From assembly GCF_001659725.1 (NCBI RefSeq), contig NZ_CP015922.1, positions 1,978,163-2,010,162 of the forward strand: a DNA stretch of 32,000 nucleotides, in the 5' to 3' direction. The notes under the pieces are model-generated. The model saw nothing but the letters and a program-made list of their open reading frames with translations. It searched no databases and was not told the DNA's origin. Positions 14,427-22,592 of this stretch are shown piece by piece; positions within the stretch are counted from its first letter, which is position 1, and the number at the start of each line of letters is the position of its first letter. The DNA comes from Polynucleobacter wuianus. Its GTDB lineage: Bacteria > Pseudomonadota > Gammaproteobacteria > Burkholderiales > Burkholderiaceae. A program made the position numbers and the translations under genes.

Positions 14427-15200
14427 TAACTCTCTTGCTTCTGGAAGATAGTCGCTAGTGTCCGGAAATCTGCCAACAGTTGCATTAGCGATTAACTTTT
14501 TTGTATTTTCTAGGTTATACATCAGCGCACCATGCAACTTAGATCTATCGGCATCTGTCACTCTATTTGTTATCTCAGGACTACCCAATAGCCCATGCTT
14601 TTGAGCAAACTGATATGCAATAAAACCTTCTTTGACTGATTCTTTTTGATAATCAGAATAAATTTCAAGGTCCCTTTTGATAACTTCGTAACCAAACTTT
14701 TGCCCCAGTTGGAATATTTTTGCATTGGCAGTAGTGTTATCAAAGATGCTAAATTTTCTACGCTCCTGGTAGGCTTCTTGCATCCTCAAGATTTCATCAA
14801 ACTGTCTTCTCAATATTTTTATATCCAAGTGCAACGGCACTTCAAGCAGAAGTATTGGCGGCTCATTCGGGTCTTTAGCCTGTTTAAATTTGTAGTCCAA
14901 ATCCACTGGCTTAATTTCAGTAAAAGGAATTCTCTCCTTGAAAATTTTGTAGCCCGTAGCTTTCCACCACTTCTCAAAAGTCAGATTACTCAGATCGCCA
15001 AATAACTTGCAAGTATCAGCAATTGCCTGATTCTTAAACTCTCTAGTCTTCTGAGCTTCAGCATACCAAGGCGATGCTTTAAGCACATCAAACCATGACT
15101 CATATATAGAGTGCTTGGCTTTAGAAGCCGATACCTCAAGGCTAAAGCCGTAGATGTCATCTTCTACTGGAAAGCCTTTATAAAAATGCAACTCGTCCAT
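14418..15200 (-). CDS. Conserved cassette protein of unknown function (260 aa), paralog of 3911-4750
   Basis: Shared LKASPWYAEA and ATVGRFP blocks. It is divergent from the 263-aa gene. Confidence 0.7.
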   Translation of the reverse strand: MDELHFYKGFPVEDDIYGFSLEVSASKAKHSIYESWFDVLKASPWYAEAQKTREFKNQAIADTCKLFGDLSNLTFEKWWKATGYKIFKERIPFTEIKPVDLDYKFKQAKDPNEPPILLLEVPLHLDIKILRRQFDEILRMQEAYQERRKFSIFDNTTANAKIFQLGQKFGYEVIKRDLEIYSDYQKESVKEGFIAYQFAQKHGLLGSPEITNRVTDADRSKLHGALMYNLENTKKLIANATVGRFPDTSDYLPEARELLN

Positions 15201-15339
15201 ACATTCCTTCAGAAAAAGCTCTTCGAGGCGAATTCTTAAGTCGATCTTCTCGACCGAACCCCACTTTTCAAACGAAAATTTTTCTATCGCGAATAAGCAA
15301 ATTTATTCGTGATTTTTTCTTAACTTAAAGGAGCATACC

Positions 15340-16131
15340 ATGGCAACAACTAAGCAATTTATTCCATCCATTCAAAACAATGTCTTTGCTAAAAAGATTA
15401 TTCAGTCTTTAAATAAACTCTCTGAGCTTCGCCAAGAGTGGGAACAAACAACGTACAAGAAGGCAACTGATGGCTTGTACTCCTTGCTCACTCACTGCTT
15501 TAAAACTTACGACTCAAATTTCGTTAATGCTACTGACGCAGATCGTAAAACCTTGCGCTTAGAGCTAATGAATCGTCTGAAAAAAGAACGTATCAAGGTA
15601 GTTCCATCCACAACAACACTAACGATGTTAATTCGTTTCGTGTTTCAGTCTGACCGCAAACGTGCTCACGTATATGGTTACGCAATCAAAGCTGCTATCT
15701 CTCATGGCGTTACTCCAGATAACTTTACCCATTGGTTGATTACCAATCATGGCATCGAGGAAGTAAAAGCAGAACTAAAAGAGTCTGATGAGACTAAGAA
15801 GAAAAAAGCTGCTTTCAAAGAGGCTAAAGATTTAGTAGATGCTGATATCGAAGAGAAAACTGCCAATCCAATCATGCAGTTTGCTCTAAAGGGAATCAAG
15901 GGTACGCACGGCATTCTGCTTGTAAAGGCAACGCCAGATGGTGAAGTAGGCGTTGTTGGCGTAGTGACCGACCCTAAAGAGTCTTTGGTAAAGGCCGTCG
16001 TCAAACAAATGGCCCAGGAAAAGACTGCGGACATGGCTGTTGATAAGGCCGTATCAAACGAGTCTCACGATCTGTTAGCTCAGATGAAAAAAGAGGCCGC
16101 AAATCACCCGCAGCTTCGTAAAGCCGCTTAA
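15340..16131 (+). CDS. Conserved cassette protein of unknown function (263 aa), paralog of 2862-3674
   Basis: Shared FVFQSDRKRAHVYGYAIKAAISHGV block and a strong AAGGAG Shine-Dalgarno sequence. Confidence 0.7.
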   Translation: MATTKQFIPSIQNNVFAKKIIQSLNKLSELRQEWEQTTYKKATDGLYSLLTHCFKTYDSNFVNATDADRKTLRLELMNRLKKERIKVVPSTTTLTMLIRFVFQSDRKRAHVYGYAIKAAISHGVTPDNFTHWLITNHGIEEVKAELKESDETKKKKAAFKEAKDLVDADIEEKTANPIMQFALKGIKGTHGILLVKATPDGEVGVVGVVTDPKESLVKAVVKQMAQEKTADMAVDKAVSNESHDLLAQMKKEAANHPQLRKAA

Positions 16132-16150
16132 TTAAAAAGGAGAAAGAATC

Positions 16151-16861
16151 ATGCGTGTAGCAGACAAACATAAACCAAAGAACCTCGACGAGGTGATTTA
16201 CCCAAATCAAACAGTAAAGGAGCGCATCATGGCTCATGCTACTGGCGGGTTAACTGGCAACCTGATGTTATGGGGTCCCAATGGAACCTCCAAGTCAACC
16301 GTTGCTAATTTACTCCCAGTAGCAATTAGCGGTGAGAATGCCTTCGTTGAAACTAAGTCTCTCAATGTATTGATGGATCACCCTCAATTTGAAGAGATTA
16401 TTTCGAAGTCTTGCCTTTTAACGACATTTACTGATAGCCATCAGTACTACATCGTTTCCCATGAGCTTGATAACTACAAAATCAAAGCCCATGAGTTTTG
16501 GGTATTGATGGACAAGTACAGCACACAAATGAAGGTCATCATCACAACCAATGACCCAATGAAGGTGCATCCGAGCATTCGTTCACGCTGCACACCAGTG
16601 CACTTTCCTGCCGTGCAGCCGCATCAAGTGCTTAAACGTGCTCAATACATTTTGCAACAAGAAGGAGTACACCTTACAGATGCGGCTGTAATGCACTATT
16701 TGAGCGCAGTTCAGCATCATGGCGATCTGCGTAAGTACTTTGAAAAGCTAGATGACCTCATCTTCTTACAAAGTAAAGGTACGCCATTTCCACCAGTACC
16801 AACGGGAACTCAGGCCGCCAATCGCCTTTCTGTAGTGCCTGTTATCAAGAAAGCTGCATAA
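16151..16861 (+). CDS. Clamp-loader-clade AAA+ ATPase, cassette B
   Basis: DKHKPKNLDEVI box, Walker A GPNGTSKS, Walker B-like IVSHELD, sensor-1 IITTN, and a canonical SRC motif (IRSRCTPVHF). Confidence 0.8.
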   Translation: MRVADKHKPKNLDEVIYPNQTVKERIMAHATGGLTGNLMLWGPNGTSKSTVANLLPVAISGENAFVETKSLNVLMDHPQFEEIISKSCLLTTFTDSHQYYIVSHELDNYKIKAHEFWVLMDKYSTQMKVIITTNDPMKVHPSIRSRCTPVHFPAVQPHQVLKRAQYILQQEGVHLTDAAVMHYLSAVQHHGDLRKYFEKLDDLIFLQSKGTPFPPVPTGTQAANRLSVVPVIKKAA

Positions 16862-16871
16862 CTTAAATCAC

Positions 16872-16896
16872 GGAACGTCTAAATCCTAGACGTTCC
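16872..16896 (+). repeat. Hairpin H2 (GGAACGTCTA-AATCC-TAGACGTTCC)
   Basis: Perfect 10-bp stem with no T-run after it. Arms are shared with H1 and H3. Confidence 0.55.
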
Positions 16897-16913
16897 TCCA
16901 TTGGAGATCAGAT

Positions 16914-17213
16914 ATGAAAAACGCCCCTTATACAAAAATCAATGCCTCACCTACAGAGTTTGCTCATGTAGCTAATACCACCGCAATTCAAGTAATCAAT
17001 GCGAAATATCGTAATTCCACGATCAATGGAGTGCTGGAACTCGCTAATGGCAAGGACTCATTTCAAATTCACGGGTCTAAGCTCTGTGCGAAGGCAAAGT
17101 TAGGGTGGTTTGGAATGGAGTTTAAAAAGGGTTTTCGCCTAATTGAGCTAAACATGGCTCAGGTGAAGGTATTGCAAAACTACACCGGCAATGTCATTGC
17201 CAAACTCGCTTAA
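16914..17213 (+). CDS. Hypothetical protein (99 aa)
   Basis: ORF in an operon position after the AAA+ gene. No similarity by eye to the 105-aa protein of cassette A. Confidence 0.45.
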   Translation: MKNAPYTKINASPTEFAHVANTTAIQVINAKYRNSTINGVLELANGKDSFQIHGSKLCAKAKLGWFGMEFKKGFRLIELNMAQVKVLQNYTGNVIAKLA

Positions 17214-17223
17214 GGAGACTGCC

Positions 17224-17706
17224 ATGACAAAACTATGGATTGTGGCTTGCGATAGCGATGGGCATGTATTAGGGGTTTTTGACAATCAAAAAGCTGCTAA
17301 TGATTGCAATGAATATTGGCATGAATACCATGAGTTAACCACAACTGAAATTGATATTACTAAAACAATGTCCGAATTTGTTGGAGTTAAAACAGAGCAC
17401 GATATTGCTACCATAAGCCGCTATTACGAAGTAAAAGATGCATTGCATAAAGAGACTTCAAAGTTTCGTGATGAGTTCTTGGTTGCCAAACGCAATTATC
17501 AAAACTCAATGATCTCGTTTGTAGAAAAATACGATGTTAAGGATAATGTAGACTTTAGCGACTTTTTAAGCGAGCAATTTAGCGCCCTAGAAAGTATTCA
17601 CGTCAAAAACTCAGGCGCAAATTATGTAGATATTGAAATGGTTTTAGAGTGGATCATTCGTAGTCATCTAAATTTTGTAAAGCTAGAGGAAATGCTTGAA
17701 CAGTAA
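17224..17706 (+). CDS. Hypothetical acidic protein (160 aa)
   Basis: The internal ATG at 17224 is preceded by AAGGAG at good spacing, so it is preferred over the track start at 17191. Confidence 0.5.
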   Translation: MTKLWIVACDSDGHVLGVFDNQKAANDCNEYWHEYHELTTTEIDITKTMSEFVGVKTEHDIATISRYYEVKDALHKETSKFRDEFLVAKRNYQNSMISFVEKYDVKDNVDFSDFLSEQFSALESIHVKNSGANYVDIEMVLEWIIRSHLNFVKLEEMLEQ

Positions 17707-17711
17707 TGAAA

Positions 17712-17742
17712 ATAGCCTTGGTTTATATCAAGGCTATTTTTT
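17712..17742 (+). terminator. Rho-independent terminator ATAGCCTTG-N8-CAAGGCTAT followed by TTTTT
   Basis: 9-bp stem and a T-run directly after the last cassette B gene. Confidence 0.65.
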
Positions 17743-17812
17743 AGTGCGATCCATTACCACTCCGAGACTCCATTTAACGACCGCTTACGACCCAAGGGAG
17801 ACCTTGGAGGAC
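17741..17812 (+). repeat. Junction repeat X1 (TTAGTGCGATCCATTACCACTCCGAGA.. with a tail ..TAACGACCGCTTACGACCCAAGGGAGACC)
   Basis: The core recurs at 25925-25954 and 29979-30005. The tail resembles the Y repeats at 21087-21150 and 23949-24070. Confidence 0.6.
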
Positions 17813-17843
17813 AAGTCCAGTAACTCATCCCCCTAGTGTGTTA

Positions 17844-18344
17844 CTACCTTGACCGATCCATCCACATATAGTTCTGCTGCATCATTTGGTTCATCATGTT
17901 CTGCTGCATACCCATGTATTGATCCATCATGTATTGGCGTTGCTTTAACTGCTCAGGTGTTAATTTAGAGTAATAGGGGCCCATACCATTCCAACCCATC
18001 ATGTGTCCACCCATCATGCCGCCGTTACCACCACAACAACCCATCATTCCCGAACCCCACATGCCTTGCATCATATTCATGTTGCCCTGCATTGTGCTCC
18101 AGTGAGCCTGCATCAGCTTTTGCCTTTCTTGCGGATCTTGAGTTGCACGGATCTGATCCATCTGCTGTTGCATCTTTTTAAAGTTCTCTTGAATTTGAGC
18201 GGCTTGCTTATCAAACTCCGCTACATCAACATTTTTTTGTTGTGTCTGTGAGGCTTTAGTGCCCGCCCCTGCTGTTTGCGCCAAAACGGGCGCACTTAGT
18301 AAAACACCTAAACTTAAAATCGCAACCCATCCTAGCTTTTTCAT
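17844..18344 (-). CDS. Periplasmic Met/Gln/Gly-rich metal-binding protein, ZraP/CpxP-like
   Basis: Signal peptide MKKLGWVAILSLGVLLSAPVLA, an LTPEQLKQ (LTxxQ-type) motif, and a GMMGCCGGNGGMMGGHMMGW tract reminiscent of the ZraP C-terminus. The start is set at 18344, which has an AAGGAG Shine-Dalgarno sequence. Confidence 0.6.
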   Translation of the reverse strand: MKKLGWVAILSLGVLLSAPVLAQTAGAGTKASQTQQKNVDVAEFDKQAAQIQENFKKMQQQMDQIRATQDPQERQKLMQAHWSTMQGNMNMMQGMWGSGMMGCCGGNGGMMGGHMMGWNGMGPYYSKLTPEQLKQRQYMMDQYMGMQQNMMNQMMQQNYMWMDRSR

Positions 18345-18385
18345 TTTAGTACTCCTTGAGTTAACTGCTTGATATGAACTAACAC

Positions 18386-20566
18386 CTAGCTTCTTAATAA
18401 CCGCAATCCATTTGCCACTACTAGCAAGCTCGCACCCATATCCGCAAATACCGCCATCCACATCGTGGCTTGCCCTGTAAAGGTAAGCACAAGGAAAATA
18501 GCTTTAATGCCAAGAGCAAGAACAATGTTTTGAGTCAGAATTAGAGCGGTTGATTTGGATAGCCGAATAAAGGTAGCAATCTTGCGTAAATCATCATCCA
18601 TTAGCGCAACATCAGCAGTCTCTATCGCAGTATCGGTTCCAGCCGCCCCCATCGCAAATCCAATACTTGCTCTTGCTAAAGCGGGGGCATCATTAATGCC
18701 ATCTCCAACCATGCCTACCTTTACATTGGGATCCTTTTTTAGGCGACTGTCAATTATTTTGAGCTTATCTTCAGGCAATAAATTACCCATAATCTCATCG
18801 ACACCCACCTGTTTACCTATTGCCTTAGCGGTGTGCTGATTGTCACCAGTGAGCATGATGGTAGTCACGCCTAATTGGTGAAGCTCATCAATAGCCTGCT
18901 TGCTTGTTTCTCTAACAGTATCGGCCACCGCAATAATGGCTAAAACCTCTGTTTGGTTGGTAAGCAATACGGCCGTTTTGCCTTGCTGCTCTAGTGGTAA
19001 TAAACGATTCTCAATATCATCAGAGCACAAACCCAATTCTTCAATCAGTCGATGATTGCCAAGGTAATACAAATTATCCTCAATAACGCCTTTGACACCG
19101 CGACCCAGAATCGCCTCAAAGCTATCTACAGTCTTTAAATCATTCTTTTGCTCTTGATTAGCATGGGCAATTGCTAGAGATACGGGATGATCAGATCGCG
19201 CTGCAAGACTGATGGCAATTTCGTGAATATGCTTGTCATTGCTACTTAATGCAAAAAAGTCCGTTTGTGCAGGCTTCCCGTAGGTTAGTGTCCCTGTCTT
19301 ATCTACTGCTAAGACCTTCATGCTCCGTCCTGCTTCTAAAAAAGCGCCTCCTTTAATTAAGATGCCTTTTCTTGCAGCGGCTGCTAAGCCACTCACAATC
19401 GTTACTGGTGTTGAGATCACCAAAGCACAAGGGCAGGCAATCACTAACATGACTAATGCTTTATAGATCCACTCTTGCCATGACTGCGCCATTAACAATG
19501 GAGGCAAAACAGCGACTAACACCGCAAGCAAAAAAACAGCTGGCGTATAGATCTTGGCGAATTGATCAACAAAACGCTGGGTGGGCGCACGACTTCCTTG
19601 CGCTGCTTCAACTGCATGAATAATTCGAGCTAGCGTTGAATGAGTCGCTTCTGCAGTAACTTTGTATTCGAACGATCCTGTCTGATTGATCGTTCCTGCA
19701 AATACCTCATCGCCAACTATCTTATCGACGGGTAGGCTCTCACCCGTGATTGGCGCTTGATTTACTGCCGAGTTACCACTTATTAATATGCCGTCTAAAG
19801 CTATTCGCTCTCCAGGACGCACTCGAACTAAAGCACCTAAAGCGATAGCCTTTACATCCGTTAGCACCCAAGAGCCATCGGCTTGCTGAACGGTTGCGGT
19901 TTCAGGGGTGAGGTCTAATAATCCACGAATCGCATTACGAGCACGATCTAATGACTTGGCTTCAATTACTTCAGCTAGAGTAAATAAGAACATCACCATG
20001 GCGGCTTCTGGCCAACTTCCAATCGCCATCGCGCCTGTGACTGCAATTGACATTAAGGCATTGATATTGAGATTGCCATTCTTTAATGCAATCCAGCCCT
20101 TTTTATAGATGGTCAGGCCACCTGAAGCAATTGAGGCGATTACTAGAGCAATGACAATCCACTGATTACCAAGTTGCAGCAATTCCATGATTTCAGCCAA
20201 GGTTGCAGTGATACCTGCAACAGCCAATGGCCACCAATTTTTTTTAGGTATAGGCTCAATCGAGCTGTCCTTTGTAGAAGTCTGACCACTTTGTAGCACC
20301 GCCTGCATTCCAATTGAACCCAAAGCGGACTCGATAGCGTCAAGTGAGTTGAGATTGTGACCAACCGTGAGTATCCTTTGCATTAAGTTAAAGTCCAGCG
20401 ACTCAATGCCGCTTACACTAACTAGCTTTTTGCGAATAAGCGCCTCTTCAGTTGGGCAGTCCATATTTTCAATGCGATAGATGGCCTTATTCTTGCTCCG
20501 TATCTCAGAAGCCTTTGTCACAGGGGTTGATGTAGAACAACTACAGGAGGTATTGCATTCGCTCAT
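18386..20566 (-). CDS. cadA: Heavy-metal (Cd/Zn/Pb-type) P1B-type ATPase
   Basis: N-terminal metal-binding region NMDCPTEE plus a Cys-rich leader, transmembrane CPC motif (ACPCALVISTP), DKTGTLT phosphorylation site, and GDGINDAPAL hinge. Confidence 0.95.
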   Translation of the reverse strand: MSECNTSCSCSTSTPVTKASEIRSKNKAIYRIENMDCPTEEALIRKKLVSVSGIESLDFNLMQRILTVGHNLNSLDAIESALGSIGMQAVLQSGQTSTKDSSIEPIPKKNWWPLAVAGITATLAEIMELLQLGNQWIVIALVIASIASGGLTIYKKGWIALKNGNLNINALMSIAVTGAMAIGSWPEAAMVMFLFTLAEVIEAKSLDRARNAIRGLLDLTPETATVQQADGSWVLTDVKAIALGALVRVRPGERIALDGILISGNSAVNQAPITGESLPVDKIVGDEVFAGTINQTGSFEYKVTAEATHSTLARIIHAVEAAQGSRAPTQRFVDQFAKIYTPAVFLLAVLVAVLPPLLMAQSWQEWIYKALVMLVIACPCALVISTPVTIVSGLAAAARKGILIKGGAFLEAGRSMKVLAVDKTGTLTYGKPAQTDFFALSSNDKHIHEIAISLAARSDHPVSLAIAHANQEQKNDLKTVDSFEAILGRGVKGVIEDNLYYLGNHRLIEELGLCSDDIENRLLPLEQQGKTAVLLTNQTEVLAIIAVADTVRETSKQAIDELHQLGVTTIMLTGDNQHTAKAIGKQVGVDEIMGNLLPEDKLKIIDSRLKKDPNVKVGMVGDGINDAPALARASIGFAMGAAGTDTAIETADVALMDDDLRKIATFIRLSKSTALILTQNIVLALGIKAIFLVLTFTGQATMWMAVFADMGASLLVVANGLRLLRS

Positions 20567-20597
20567 AGCGGAAACCTAAATGATGAAGACATAGAAC

Positions 20598-20628
20598 ATT
20601 TAACACCCTATAGTAACTATAGAGTCAA
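20598..20628 (-). promoter_or_regulatory. MerR-type promoter/operator for the ATPase: TTGACT - 19-bp spacer containing a CTATAG-TTA-CTATAG dyad - TTAAAT
   Basis: The minus strand reads TTGACTCTATAGTTACTATAGGGTGTTAAAT. A 19-bp spacer with a central dyad is the hallmark of MerR-family activated promoters. Confidence 0.8.
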
Positions 20629-20664
20629 GGGATTAGAATAAAAATGTAAAAACTTGGAGGTCAA

Positions 20665-21063
20665 ATGAGAATTGGTGAACTAGCAACAGCCACAGGCACT
20701 CAAGTGGAAACTATTCGGTTTTATGAGCAAGAGGGTTTGTTAGCAAAACCGGCTCGATCTGAGGGTAACTTCCGAATCTACGGGGATCAGCACCTGCAAC
20801 GCCTTACATTTATTCGCCACTGCCGCTCGCTGGACATGACCTTAAGTGAAATTCGTCAATTACTTCGCTTAAAAGATTTGCCCGATGAAAACTGTGATGC
20901 AGTAAATGAATTGCTTGATGCCCATATTGAAGGTGTAAGCAATCGAATTAATGAGCTACGCCAACTTGAGCGACAATTAAAGCTGCTCAGAAAACAATGT
21001 CATGCGAATCAGGACTCAGCACACTGCGGGATCTTAAATAAATTATCGCTACCCGTGAAGTAA
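20665..21063 (+). CDS. cadR: MerR-family metal-responsive regulator (CadR/ZntR/PbrR-like)
   Basis: N-terminal helix-turn-helix MRIGELATATGTQVETIRFYEQEGLL and C-terminal Cys pair (CHANQDSAHCG). It is divergent from the ATPase gene. Confidence 0.9.
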   Translation: MRIGELATATGTQVETIRFYEQEGLLAKPARSEGNFRIYGDQHLQRLTFIRHCRSLDMTLSEIRQLLRLKDLPDENCDAVNELLDAHIEGVSNRINELRQLERQLKLLRKQCHANQDSAHCGILNKLSLPVK

Positions 21064-21086
21064 AAAAGAGGTGACACTACCGCCTC

Positions 21087-21150
21087 TTATTGGCCGATTT
21101 GAGACTATGAAGTCAATTGCAACTAACGGTCGCATCTCGACCCAAAGCAG
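21087..21150 (+). repeat. Junction repeat Y1 (TTATTGGCCGATTTGAGAC .. TAACGGTCGCATCTCGACCCAAAG)
   Basis: Related copies at 23949-24070 and (head only) 25367-25378. The tail is similar to the X1 tail. Confidence 0.55.
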
Positions 21151-21162
21151 TCATAAAAAGAA

Positions 21163-21182
21163 AAACCACCCGAAGGTGGTTT
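21163..21182 (-). terminator. Rho-independent terminator (AAACCACC-TTCG-GGTGGTTT plus T-run on the minus strand)
   Basis: GC-rich stem, TTCG loop and T-run downstream of the minus-strand operon that ends at 21213. Confidence 0.7.
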
Positions 21183-21212
21183 AGATTGAATGTAGATACG
21201 CCTATGAACTTT

Positions 21213-21608
21213 TTAACTCGAGATCAGAGGTTGCACAAAAGCAAACCAACCCCCGGTTAAATAAAGCAATAAGCTCAGGCTATAAACGATTAATGAAGCC
21301 TTGCGCGTTCTCATGCAGGCATCTCTTAATGTGGGATCAGTTGGGCATGGAGCAAATCTACCGCGCCATTGCATATAACCACTAATAGAGAGCATCACTC
21401 CCGCAAAAATAAATACTTCTACCTTGTGCTCGCTAATCCATACAATCTTTGGAAAGATGGAAATAAAGGTGGATAAAGTAGCACCCGCACCTAATGCCAC
21501 TAAAAGTGCTGGAATAGCGCAACAGATCAAAGTGCTTGAACTGGCAAAGAGCGTCGCAACACTGGTAAGGAGATTGCTTTTGGGTGCGATCATTTTTTCA
21601 GGAATCAT
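21213..21608 (-). CDS. MerT-like membrane metal transporter (131 aa)
   Basis: Transmembrane CC motif LICCAIPALLVALGAG resembles MerT CCLGPLVLVALG. A second Cys pair is CPTDPTLRDAC. There is an ATGA overlap with the upstream HMA gene. Confidence 0.6.
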   Translation of the reverse strand: MIPEKMIAPKSNLLTSVATLFASSSTLICCAIPALLVALGAGATLSTFISIFPKIVWISEHKVEVFIFAGVMLSISGYMQWRGRFAPCPTDPTLRDACMRTRKASLIVYSLSLLLYLTGGWFAFVQPLISS

Positions 21609-21931
21609 TTGTTAGCCACTAGTTCTGCTTTGAGTTCTGCAACACTTTTAGGTACTGACTCTACTTTGACGATGTCATACCCTGCATCCTTGACTTCCTC
21701 AATAATGGCCTTTTGATCCAAAGCCATGCCGTCTTTTGGCTCAACAACGACGGTCTTTTGTTTGAGATCCACATAGACGGCCTTGGTTGATAGCATTTTA
21801 GAAATTCGCTTTTCAATACCTTGAGCACAAAAAGCGCAGACCATGCCATTGACGGTTGCTTTCATACTGGTTACTGCAAATGCTGGGGATAAAGTGAGGG
21901 CTAAGAGCGTTGCTATAAAAATCTTTTTCAT
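21605..21931 (-). CDS. Periplasmic heavy-metal-associated (HMA) domain protein, MerP-like
   Basis: Signal peptide plus the GMVCAFCAQGIEK (MxCxxC) motif. Confidence 0.8.
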   Translation of the reverse strand: MKKIFIATLLALTLSPAFAVTSMKATVNGMVCAFCAQGIEKRISKMLSTKAVYVDLKQKTVVVEPKDGMALDQKAIIEEVKDAGYDIVKVESVPKSVAELKAELVANK

Positions 21932-21953
21932 TTGGGAATCCTTGTTAGTTCAT

Positions 21954-22592
21954 TTAGTAGACATACATAAAGCTCAGGCGGGGTTGGCCATGAAGGTTCG
22001 CCCCTGCCTCTACAAAAATACGGTTATGGATCAGCCGAAGCATAGGCGTGACTTCATACTGGGTTGATACCATCGACATTCTTCTAGCTTCCACGATCAA
22101 CCATGGCTGGGTCTCATCGTAGTTGGCTTCATAGAAAGAAAAGCCAGCTCTTGCCGAAACTACATTATTGGTAATGCCATCAGCCACATAGATGCGAGCA
22201 TTAGCTGAAGCATACAAACGAGTAGTCTCATAATCAGCCTGAATGCCAGGGGATACCGTAGCTTTAGTGCCGCTAAAGTAGTTACCTGTAGTCTCACCAA
22301 CGCCGCCGATAAACCAAATATTGGCTTGTGCTTCTGGCATATTCCAACGCTTAACTAATCGAGTGTAGGTGAGCTCATTATTAAGCTGAGTTTGCGAATA
22401 GTTATTCGTTTGCATATAGGTCGAAGTCACACCAATAGCATCTCTAGGAGTCAAGGCGTAGTTGGCTGTTTGCTCTCGAAAGGTTTTACTAAAATCACCC
22501 ATCGTCATCCAGCTATCCTTAAATCCCATTGGCGCGGCTTGAGCGCTAAGGCTGAGCAAAAGACTGCCTATGAATACAAGCCATACCCTCAT
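21954..22592 (-). CDS. Putative outer-membrane beta-barrel protein (212 aa)
   Basis: Signal peptide (..SLSAQA/AP), alternating beta-strand pattern, and a C-terminal aromatic residue (..SFMYVY). Confidence 0.55.
   Translation of the reverse strand: MRVWLVFIGSLLLSLSAQAAPMGFKDSWMTMGDFSKTFREQTANYALTPRDAIGVTSTYMQTNNYSQTQLNNELTYTRLVKRWNMPEAQANIWFIGGVGETTGNYFSGTKATVSPGIQADYETTRLYASANARIYVADGITNNVVSARAGFSFYEANYDETQPWLIVEARRMSMVSTQYEVTPMLRLIHNRIFVEAGANLHGQPRLSFMYVY

Noticed and set aside
14410-14430. A recombination site equivalent to site a at the recombinase/260-aa junction of cassette B, which would make B invertible as well.
   Set aside because: The two genes overlap tail-to-tail, so there is no intergenic space. 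No GCGT-N11-ACGC or similar dyad was found there or after 17706 by eye.
18345-18461. N-terminal extension of the ZraP-like ORF (track start 18461), which overlaps the end of the ATPase gene.
   Set aside because: The internal ATG at 18344 has a good AAGGAG Shine-Dalgarno sequence and is followed at once by a typical signal peptide. The extension overlaps cadA.
21213-21931. A mercury-resistance (mer) operon.
   Set aside because: Only MerP-like and MerT-like genes are present. There is no merA, merR or merD, and the neighbours are CusF-like and outer-membrane genes.
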